From positions 23,944-87,943 of the forward strand of contig JBAZMW010000001.1 of assembly GCA_041649575.1 (NCBI GenBank): DNA of 64,000 bases. Reading direction: 5' to 3'. The position numbers and the translations under genes are program-made. The notes under the pieces were generated by a model, which searched no databases, was not told where the DNA came from, and saw nothing but the letters and a program-made list of their open reading frames with translations. Every line of letters begins with the position of its first letter. Within the stretch, counting starts at the first letter, position 1. Positions 18,726 through 29,600 of the stretch are shown here, piece by piece. Source of the DNA: Patescibacteria group bacterium (GTDB taxonomy: Bacteria; Patescibacteriota; Patescibacteriia; 2-01-FULL-39-33).

Positions 18726-19542
18726 ATCAATCAGCGCCAGAATCGGCTTGTCTCCCAGCAGAGCCAAAGGCCAAAATTTTTTGGTCGACCAAAATATTAT
18801 CGACAGGATAATTAAGTCGGCCGATCTTGGCAAAGCCGAGACGGTTTTGGAGGTTGGGCCGGGTTTTGGCGTTTTGACCAGAGAGCTGGTCAAAGAGGCG
18901 GGCCAGGTGGTGGCGGTGGAACTGGACAAAAAACTTTTTGATTTTTTGCAGAAAGAATTGGGGCAAAATAAAAATTTAAAACTGCTTAACGCCGATATTT
19001 TGAAAAACGATCCAGGGGCAATGGGTTTGTCGGCGTTTGGCTATCGGGTGGTGGCCAACCTGCCTTACAATATCACTTCCTTTTTTTTGCGGCGATTTTT
19101 GGAAAGCCCGACCAAGCCCCGTGAAATGATGCTAATGGTGCAAAAAGAAGTGGCTCAAAGGCTTATGGCCAAACCAGGGAAAAACAATTTACTTTCTCTC
19201 TCGGTGCAATTCTATGGCGAGAGTCAAATTTTATTTGAAGTCAAAAAAGAATCTTTTTGGCCCGAGCCGCAAGTGGATTCGGCAGTGATTAAAATAAAAT
19301 TAAAAAAAGATTTGCCAGAAATTGACGCCAAATATTTTTTCAGGGTTTTGAGGGTCGGTTTTTCGGCCAAAAGGAAGCAGTTACAGAACAATTTAGCGGC
19401 CGGTTTTTGTCTAAAAAACTCTAAAATTAGAGAAATTTTGGCTGCTATTGGGTTGGAAGAAAAAATCAGGGCGCAGGAGCTCGCTTTAGACAAGTGGCTC
19501 AATTTGGCTAACCAATTAAAAGATCAGATTTTGCTGAAATAA
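18706..19542 (+). CDS. rsmA: 16S rRNA (adenine1518/1519-N6)-dimethyltransferase
   Basis: 'GQNFLVDQNIIDRII…VLEVGPGFGVLTREL…VANLPYNITS' are the KsgA/RsmA SAM-binding and catalytic motifs. Confidence 0.85.
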   Translation: MTIAEAKSISARIGLSPSRAKGQNFLVDQNIIDRIIKSADLGKAETVLEVGPGFGVLTRELVKEAGQVVAVELDKKLFDFLQKELGQNKNLKLLNADILKNDPGAMGLSAFGYRVVANLPYNITSFFLRRFLESPTKPREMMLMVQKEVAQRLMAKPGKNNLLSLSVQFYGESQILFEVKKESFWPEPQVDSAVIKIKLKKDLPEIDAKYFFRVLRVGFSAKRKQLQNNLAAGFCLKNSKIREILAAIGLEEKIRAQELALDKWLNLANQLKDQILLK

Positions 19543-19666
19543 AAAAGTAAAAAAAGTAAAAAGAGGTATTGGGTGTTTTTTAGTTTTTTATGTTATAATA
19601 TAAATAGTACCTTTCCTCTTTTTTGTGTTATACTATTAGTAATCGGATATATTTATTCACAACCAA

Positions 19667-20602
19667 ATGGAAGGCGACCGACAGGAGGAGTCAATTTTGA
19701 GCGATAACTCGGATTTAGAGTTAAAATCCCCATACAAAAGGGGTAATTTTTCTGTTGTTGGCCGCTCAAAACCAGAAAAAATTATTTCGGTAGCGGTGGT
19801 GGTGATGATTTTGGTGGCACTTTTTTTTGCCTATTACCAGCTGGCTAGCAGTTTTAAGAAGCCTTTTGTTAATTTTAGTCAGTTGGCGGCTAGTAGTAAT
19901 ACTTCCTGTTCTGACGGCAGTTGCTCTGGAGAGAATTCGGCCTCGGAAGAAGAACTAAAAAATACTGACACAGACGGAGACGGCCTTTCTGATTATGATG
20001 AGCTAAACGTTTATAAGACCAGCCCCTACCTAGAGGATACCGATAGCGACGGCACCAGCGATAAACAGGAAGTGCAGTTGGGGTACGACCCAAACTGTCC
20101 CGGTAAGAACCCTTGTTTTGGCTTCAATTTTGATGCTGTCAGCCAAGCCGCTTCGACCACGGCGCCGTCTTTTCAGATCATGCCTAGCACCCCAGTTCAG
20201 CAAATAACTCCTGATTTTTTGCGTCAGCAGCTGAAAGCCAGCGGCGCTACCGAAGAACAATTAGCCCAGTTTAGCGATGCCGAGCTTTTGGCCATGTATG
20301 AGGAATATGTGGCCGAAACGGGGAGCCAGAATACCCAAGCGGGACAGGCCGGCAGTCAGACAAATTCTGGCGGCACTGGCACCAATAATTCTTTGCAGCC
20401 TAGCGGCAATATCGATTTAAGCCAGCTTAATGTGCAGTCGGTAGACGATCTTAAAAAATTAACAGGGGCGCAAATCAGACAACTAATGATTCAGCAGGGC
20501 GCGCCGGCCGAGACCTTGTCCCAAGTCAGCGACGACAAGCTTAAGGAAATGTTCTTGGCGCAGCTGGAGAGTAAATTAAGCGAGACAAATACTAATAAAT
20601 AA
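19667..20602 (+). CDS. secreted/membrane-anchored protein with thrombospondin-type-3-like Ca-binding repeats
   Basis: TM anchor, Cys cluster, 'DTDGDGLSDYDELNVYKTSPYLEDTDSDGTSD', then a Q/S/T-rich tail. It lies directly upstream of the giant protein gene. Confidence 0.5.
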   Translation: MEGDRQEESILSDNSDLELKSPYKRGNFSVVGRSKPEKIISVAVVVMILVALFFAYYQLASSFKKPFVNFSQLAASSNTSCSDGSCSGENSASEEELKNTDTDGDGLSDYDELNVYKTSPYLEDTDSDGTSDKQEVQLGYDPNCPGKNPCFGFNFDAVSQAASTTAPSFQIMPSTPVQQITPDFLRQQLKASGATEEQLAQFSDAELLAMYEEYVAETGSQNTQAGQAGSQTNSGGTGTNNSLQPSGNIDLSQLNVQSVDDLKKLTGAQIRQLMIQQGAPAETLSQVSDDKLKEMFLAQLESKLSETNTNK

Positions 20603-20623
20603 TTTTTTGAAGATAAATTTGCC

Positions 20624-23600
20624 ATGAATCCAGGAGAAGGAACAAAAAAGATAACGAAAAATCTATTTAACAAGGTGATAGTGGTTGGTTTTTTGTTAAG
20701 TTTTTTTATTCCAGCTTTGGTTATAGCGCAGGAGGTTGTTCCAGGAATTAGCGGCGTTAATGTGGCGGATGTGCACGATGAAAATGCTTTTAGGGTGGCT
20801 ACGGAAGGAGGGGGAGATGCTGTGATTACTTGCAATAATTTTGTCGCTGGCGGTTTGGCAACATCCGGAGATATAGCCGCTTTAATTAAATGTATAGAAA
20901 GCGGGACTAAGGCGCAAAACAAAACGGTTGACAAGAATACCCTCAAGCAACTCAAGGCCTTGGAACAAAAGCAGCAGCGTGAAGAATTGTTCAGTAAAAT
21001 GAAGGATGAGCTGAAAAAGAGCATGGCCGGCGCTTTTAAGACCATGCTACGGCAATTTTCCAAACAATTGGCTTATGACACGGCCGTTTGGGTAGCTTCT
21101 GGCGGCAAGGGGCAACAGCCGCTGTTTATGACCGAGGGTATCGGCGCTTATTTGCGAAATCAGCTAGATAATGCCCTGGGTGTGTTTTTGGACGAACTGG
21201 GCCGCTATTATGGCGTGGATGTCTGTACGCCAAATTTCCAGATTAGAGCGCTCCTGCCCGGTTATTTGGGCAGACCACAGGTGAGTGTTCGCTGTTCTTT
21301 TACTAAAATGATCAGTAATTGGCAGAGTGCGGCCCAAAATGCCAGCTTTGCCGTGGAGTACAGAAGATTTTTGAGGCCAGGAGAAAATGATATTTCTTCG
21401 CTACTAATGATTAAAACCGGTTTGAGCAACAAACTAGACCAAGAATTAAGAGATAGCGTTTTAAATGTTTTATCGAAAGATGGCTGGAAGGATGTTAAAG
21501 ATTTTGCCGGCTGGGTTTTGACTCCGGGCACCATGGTGCGCAAGGCCACCGAAAACGCCATTGATCCCCAAAATACTTCGATAGCGGACTACACCTATAC
21601 CGATACACTCTGGGATTTTATCGAAACTTTTTTGAACACGCTGACGGGAAAACTCTTAGAAAATTTAATGACTGGCTTTTTCAGCTCCGGCGGCAATACC
21701 CAAAATTTCACTACCGGTAATTCAAGCTCCAGTTTATTTAATCCTTTGGCGCAACCGTTTAGCGAGGGCCAAGAAGGAGCACAGGAAAGATTTCTGAGTC
21801 TGGTGGAGGGAAGTTTGCAGGTGGGCGGTGTTTACGATATTTTGAACAAACTGACCCAATGCCTGGATTCCAGTAAAAGCAATTTAGGGCCGACAGACTG
21901 TGTTATTGATCAGGCCCTGGCTCAAGCCATAAGAGAAAAAAAATTAGTCAAAGATTTATCCGCGGATATTTTAAATCGTCAGTTCGCTCCCTCTATCTCG
22001 GCCAACATCAATCCGCAGACAGTTTTTACCTTAAGAAATATTGTTATCTTGAGAAAATATCGAATCGTGCCTGTTGGCTGGGAAGTCGCCGCCAAACTGG
22101 TCAATGAAAAAGCCAAACAAATTTATACTTTGCGTCAGTTGATGGAGTGTTATAACGGCTGTGATCGTTTTGGCAAAGAAGAGGATTTTTGCGGCAATCC
22201 GGCCGTGGAAGACACCAGTAGCTGGTGCCGAGGACTGGTTGATCCCAACTGGGTCTTAAAGGCGCCGGAACTATTCTGCCGGCGGGAAGGATACGGGATC
22301 GAAAGCGGCGCCATTGATTCCCAGAACAGTGTCAGTCGGGATAAATATTGCGCCGACGAACAGCAATGCATCAAAGAAGATGAAAAAGGCAATTGTTTGG
22401 CCTATGGTTATTGCACCAAAGAACGCCGGACTTGGGATTTTAATTCTTCCACCTGCGACCCGAAATTCAACACTTGCTTTAATTTTAAATCGCGAACGGG
22501 AGCTGCCAACGCTTATTTGGCCAACACCCTTGATTATAGGGATTGCGACGCTCAAGTGGCTGGTTGTCGTTGGCTGGCTACGGCTTTGAATCCGGTTAGT
22601 AATTATTGGTTGAATCTAACCTATAAAACGAACGAGCTGGGCAAACCCAAGGAAGTCTTAAAGACCTGCAATAATCCTCTGGGTTGCGAGGTGACGGGAG
22701 CCAGCGCAGCTGCCGCTGTGACTTATGGCCACAACATTAGCCCCGATGCCAAAACGATCCTTTCCCAGCCCTGCAATAAAAGCGCCGGCTGTTCTTACGA
22801 AACCAGTAAGTGCACCATTCCTAACGGTGGCGTCACTTGTTCGCCAATAAAAGCAGCTTGTGACGGCCAAAATAATATTTTGGCCGGTTATAATGGCAAT
22901 TTTGCCAAATGCGCCTCTTGGAATGCGGAAAAGTGGGAAGAGGGCTGGGGCGGCTCGGAGAATAATCACCACGCTTGCGTTACTGGTGTTGGCGTGACCG
23001 GCAGTGGCATCAAAGACGACAAGGCCCTGGCCAGCTATACCCTGGGCCAGCAGGTAAGCTCGGCCTTAAGAGACATCTCGGTTGAGCCAAATAAAAAATA
23101 CATTCTGACTTTTGAAGCCAAGAAAAGCGCTCTGGATGCTTATGGTGGAGTTACTAGGGGTTCGGTTGCTGTCAAAGTGGAGTTTACCGATACCAGCGGC
23201 AAGAAGACCGATCAAGGAGTTGTCTTGGCGGCCGATGATTTGAGCGATACTGGTTATCGGACTTTTACTATTGGCAATATCAATAACGGTAATAATGACA
23301 AGTTTACCATCAAAGTGACGACCAACGCCGGTTCTTATGGCAGTTTCTATTTTGATGAATTTATTTTGCGGGAGGTGACGGAGAACTGTTTTGAGACCAA
23401 CCTGGTTTTGACTAATGGCGTTCAAACGGAAGACGACAGCAACAAGGAAATTTATTTTGACCGCGACATTCAGTCTTGCGACGCCAAAGACGAGGGCTGT
23501 AGCCAATTTATTCGCACCAAGGCCGGGTTGGGCAGCAACTTAATACCCAACAGCGGTTTTGAGATTGATGCTGGTGGCGATAATAAACCGGATGGCTGGG

Positions 23601-26600
23601 TAGAGAGAGGGCTGACCAATATTAGTCTGGACACCAACGATAAATATAAAGCCAAGATAGTTTATAGCGCCGAAGGATATGATAAATATCCACTGATACC
23701 GGTAGAGGCCGGCGAATATTATGCCATTTCCTTTGATGCCGCTCAAGCTATTAGTGGCAACAATGACGAAGCTGATTTGGAAATGATTTTTTTGAACAAG
23801 GAAGCGGACGCGATTATTGGGGCAACCGGTATAAAAATCGACAAGACAAATTGCGCCCAGACCGGAGACAACACCATTACTTTGAGAAATTTGCCTGCAA
23901 ATATGAATATGCAGAGGCAGTCTTGCTACTTTTTGGTGCCGGCCGGGGCCAGAGTTATGGGTTATAAGCTGTTTTCGGCCACCGCCAGTGGAGTTAATTT
24001 TATTGACAACATAAAATTGGAAAAAATAAATTATTTCAGCTTGAACGCCTCGGTTTATACACCCTATACGCCTTCGGAACGACCAGTAAGCCAGTTGGCT
24101 TTTGTCAAAAAGGCTCCTGCTTATTACGGCTGTTATAAAACCGGCAGTCTTTGGCCGCAGAGCGAGACTGAATTGGAAAGAGTTTTGCTTGGCCGCAGTG
24201 CGGCCTGCGCTAATTTTGCCAGCGTTTGTATCAGAGATGAAGTTGGTTGCGAACGTTATAGTCCGCTAAATAAGGATCCGGCAGTGCCGGGCAAAATCAA
24301 CGCGCTTAATATCTGCCCGGCGGAGTGTGTCGGCTACCAGCTGTATCGCAAAGAGAAAACTTATTTCGAAAGCGTAAGCTACGAAAAATTCATTGCCGAC
24401 AAAAAACCGCAGTATTGCTCGGCCGCTTACGCCGGTTGTGATGAGTTTACCAATTTAGACGAAGTGGCCAAGGGCGGCGAGAGCAGGGAATACTATTCGC
24501 AACTGCGCGTTTGTCAGCAACCGGCCGCCGACGCCAGCGATGCCACTTATTACACCTGGGAGGGCAGCGACACCACCGGCTATCAGCTAAAAACTTATCA
24601 GTTGAAAAAAAGTCAGACGGACAGCTTTGATACTAATGCTCCCTGCACTGTTTTGGATTATCCGGCCAGTTTAAATGGCAAGAACCAGTGTAATGACCTG
24701 AAAGATGACGGAACCAACAGCGTTGGTTCGGTTTCATTGCCGGCCGGCTACAGTAGTCTAAAGGGTTATTTAACGGTTTTACAGGGTTATACCGATACCA
24801 GTAGCAGCGATCCGAATTTACCCACTATTGTTAACTCGGGAATTTTGGACGAGTTGCACGAGTTTGGCATCTGCGCCAAACAAGAGCTCAACGGCATCGT
24901 TTACAATCGAGGCACGATGGATGATGCCAGTGACGATATTTACATTTATGCCAATGCCGATTGCCGCGAGTTTTATGATGGCAGCGGCCAAGTCCATTAT
25001 CGGCTGCTTTCCAAGGCAATCTTTTCTTCCAGCGAGTGCCATCCTTATCGTCGCAGCCAGGTTCAGACCGATACGGCCGAAGCCCAAGCCGATTGCCGAA
25101 ATTCCCAAGGCTATTGGAATGCTAACGGAGAGTGTATTTATATGGCGATACCCGGCCAGGGAAAGACTTGCCCTGCCAGCGCCAAGGGTTGCCGTCAATA
25201 TGTCGGCAATCAAGGCAACAACGTCCGTTTGAAGTTTTTTGATAATTTTGAGAGTAATCTGGGCGCCTGGCAAGGCGGCGGTGTTCTGGCCATGGAAGCC
25301 ACTAATCCGGGAGGCAAATCATTAAAGAAGGCGGGCGGTGGCGAGATTAGCCGGCCGGTTGCCACAGTCAAAAATAAGGCTTATATCTTAAGTTTTTGGG
25401 CCAAGGCTTCGGCCGACGCCGTTGTGCTGGATGCAATTAAATTTAAAGGAGCGGAAAATAACTCCGACAATTATTTTGCCGAAAGCGACAGCGACGCCGA
25501 CAATATCCCGCAAGCAGTTTTAAATACCACTTGGCAGAAATATGACTTAGGTCCGGTTTTTGTCACTTGGGACGAAAGAGCCGACGAAGCGCTAGAAATC
25601 AAAGCGCCGGCCGGAGTCGATGTCTTTTTTGACAACATAATTCTAAAAGAAGTTCAGCAAAACGTTTACCTGATCGCCAATACTTGGTTTACGCCTTTTG
25701 CTTGCGATAACATACTGGAAACACCCTTTGGGTCAGCCGGTGATTCCAATAATCCGACTCGTGACAGCCAAGGAGAGATGCTCGGCTGTCAGGCTTACAA
25801 TGATCGATCCGATCAACCCTGGTATTTGAAATCATTTTCCAGATTATGCCGCGAAGACGCTGTGGGTTGCGAGGCCTTAATTAATACCTTTAACTCCGAT
25901 TCTCCTTGGGGCAAGGAATTTAATAACGAAGACTTGGAAACGCATGATGACGTGACGGTCCAGAGCGATCAGGCGGTCTATTTGGTCAATGACAATCAAT
26001 ATGCTTGTCAGGCCGAGGATAAGGGTTGCACGGCTTTCGGCTTGCCCAGCGTCACCAAGTATGACGAAACAATAGGTTACAGCACTGTGTATTTGGAAAA
26101 CGTTCCTGACCGTTATAGCTTTGATCTGTGCCGTTACCAAAATTTATGGTGCGAGGAATTCTCCAGTGCCGATGCCCGCGAACTGTCTTATTTTAAGGAT
26201 CCCAGAGACAAGCTGTGCGAGTACACCGCGATTTCCGGCAAGAATTACAGCAACTGGTATGCCAAAGGGACTAATAATCCCTGTCTGACCACCGCCACGC
26301 AAACGATTGGTCTGGGTTCGGCCGATGAGAAGCGGCAGCCAATCGGCTGGTATGACAATAAAACAGAGACGGAGGTGGCGGATTATAAGGGTTGGGCCGG
26401 CCTGTGTCCGGCCGAGCAGAGCTCTTGCACCGAATATATCGATCCGCTGACCGAGGTTTATGAGGGTCTCTTTAATAAGGAGGAAAACAGTTTCAAAAAC
26501 TGTGCCGGCGAAACTCCAGGAGCCGAGCAAAACAATTGCGGTTATTATGTGTTAGAACTGGAGGACGAAAATCTTTATACCATCTCGATCAAGAGAACCA

Positions 26601-29600
26601 GCTCCGGCAATGTCGCCACCCAGCTAGTTTGCGATAATGAAATTTGGTCGCCGGATAAGAGTTTGGATGTGTCTGGCTCTAGTAAATTAATTTTAAACAG
26701 AGACAACGTCGGCGGCGATAAGCAGGTTAGCGGTAGATTTTATCTGGAAAGTACCGGCGCCGGCCAGGCCAGAGTCAATTGTCGCATTTACGATCCTGGT
26801 TTTGACGGCGAAGAGATCGAAGTGGTTAAGGCCGGGGTTTATTATCAATTGGCCAAAGCGGTCAATCGCGCCGCCTGCAACGGTTTGGTGGATATAGATA
26901 GCGGTTGCGTTTTGTTCAATGAGAGAGGAGAGATGAATTACTCCAAGCAGGGCGTGGAGAGAGTCCGCGATTATCTTGACTTTGACGCCGATGAAACTTT
27001 CAATTTGCAAATCAAAGCTGCCAGTAAAAATCCACAGCCGCCATTTTCAGCGATTTTGCCAGGCCAAAAAAATTCTAATTCGATCATTAAAGTGTCGCCA
27101 GACAGGGAATGCAGCGGCTGGCTGTTTTGCACCACTTACGAAAAAGCCAATCCCGAAGATACGGATTTGGCCTTTGGCAGTCAGGATAAGTGTTTGGAAA
27201 TAGGCCTCTGCAGTCGCTTTGATAGCAAGGGAAATTGTTTGAAATATTCGCTGGGCAAAAAAGAAGCCCTGTCTACCAGCACCCCCGATTTTCAAAACTT
27301 AACGGGATACTCCATCAGCGGTTATTACCCGACAGATCTGATGGAACAAATCGGCAATGCGGCCAACTTGCCCAATGGTAATTTTGAATCAACTTACTCG
27401 GGAACCAAAGAACCTCTTGGCTGGTATATCGGCGGCAGTCATTATGATTCGGACAACATCAAACAGCCAGGACAAGTCAGCGGCTGGGGCGATTATCGTT
27501 TTAGCATCGAACGGGATTCTGCCAATCGTAGGGAAGGCTCTGGTTATTTAAAATTAAACGGAGCCTATGAGGCCGAATCGGAACTGGTAGATGTTTTCCC
27601 CAATGTTGATTACACTATTTCGGCCTGGGTAAACACGCTTAACCTGCAGCCCACTTCGACGCAAGCGGAAATTCTGGTCAGGGAGCTAAACGCCAGTGGC
27701 AATACTATAAAAAATTCCAACTGCTCGGCCGTGGCCGGCTGTTATGAAGTCAAAATCAATGGCATCTCCTGGTCTTTGTATGGCGGACTGAAATTAAAAG
27801 CCGGCCAGCCCTGGCTTAGAGTCAACCAGCGGATAAAAACTATGCCGGAAACTTCAAGATTGCAAATTAAACTGTTAAATTTTCTTAGTAGCCAGGATTA
27901 TGTAAATTGTCGCGACCAGAACGCAGCCACCTATTGCAAAACGGGGGGCTACACTTTCTTTGACGATTTACAGATAAACGCCGCCCTGAAAGTTAATGAC
28001 AAAGAGAACATAAAAAGAGACTGTCGCGCTTATCCCGAGCAGGATTCATTGGCCTGTCGGTATTTCAAAGATAATCAGTTTTTTTATGGCTGGTCCGGCT
28101 ACTGCCTGACTTATGATCCGCTAAACTCTCGTTCCTGTCTGCAGTGGTGGCCGGTCGACAATATAAAAGGGGAAGTGGAGGACGAGGTTTCCGGTTATGA
28201 CAACAGAGTTCCTTTGTATTATTGTCTGTTAACCGAATTTGAAAGAGAATTGAAAGAAGTAAGTACCGATGTGATACAGGTTCAGGAAGCGGTCGGCGGC
28301 GCTATGCCGGTTGCCTCTCAGGCCCAAGGAGTGGCGGGAACAATTTTGGATTTTTTAGAATTCATTCTTAATATTGTGGGCGATGTCTTTCTGGGCGGAA
28401 CTAATAGCGGAACAATCATAACCGACCTGATAGCCGGCGGCTTGCAGACTTTTGCCGGCATTGATGTCGGGTCGAGCGGCTCTTCGTCTTCAAAATCGAA
28501 TATGCCTCAATGCGAAAGACTAAGCTTTGAGGATTTGAAATTCGATCCGACCACAAAAAGCTTGAATTCCTGGGTTGCCAGTATCACCGGGAATAATTCC
28601 AGAAACGTCGATGCCAAGTATCTGAAGCCGATAAGTTTGTATAATGTAGTCTATATCACCCTGGATACCGGCTATGGCGGCGGCGGCGGCGTGGAATGCG
28701 AAGATCAGGGCGGGCATAATTTACAAAAAGTAAAATACACGGAAAATTTTATTCTTAGAGGTCTGTATAAATTGGTTGTCGGCGGTACTAGCAGTATAAC
28801 TACCGAAGATTATGGTTATGTTTCTCCTGGCGATGGTACGGCCGGCCTGGATTATAGCGACAAGACTTATTGCGCGGGTTTTGTGACCTTTTTTGACAAA
28901 GACGAGAACGGTCATCGCAAAGGAGAAATAAAAAACATGATAGCCTGCGCTCAGGATACAGGGGAGTACACCCATCAGGACACCTTTAACTTTAAGTTTA
29001 AGATAGGCTACATGACAGACAAGCAGGGCCCGGCTTGCCAAATATTGGCTCAAGTGGTGACTCCGATGGGCAATAACAAGGCTTGGAGCAGAAGGGTGGC
29101 CAAGGGCAGTATTTTCACTATGCCTGGTCTTGGCACTTCGTATAATTCCGATTATCCTCCTTATGGCGCGGTGGTGCCGCCGGAGCCGGCGCATTATCCC
29201 GAGGTTTGGGATACCGACTTAACTCAAAAAGATAAGCAAAAATTATATCATTCCGCGCCGGAACTGGAAAGCCAAAAGCCCTATCAGGCCAGGGCGGGAG
29301 AAGTGTTTAGTTGCGTCAATTATGTCAATGATTTGCCAGGTTATGATGGAACAATGGGAGCGTTAAGAAGTATTTTTGGAGTCGCTTCCAGCTGGGCTTA
29401 TAAGGTGCCTTGTTTTGAGGGCTGCCTGAAAGGCATCAGAACCGACAATGCCTGGCAGGGACTAACTTCCATAACCCAGTCGGTGCTGTGTGTTTGGAGA
29501 CATTGCACCAACGCCTGCAATTTCATCGGCCGTTGCAGTCAGTCGGGCAGTGTTTGTGTCAACTACAACGGCTTTGGCGATGATATTTTGGGTATTGATT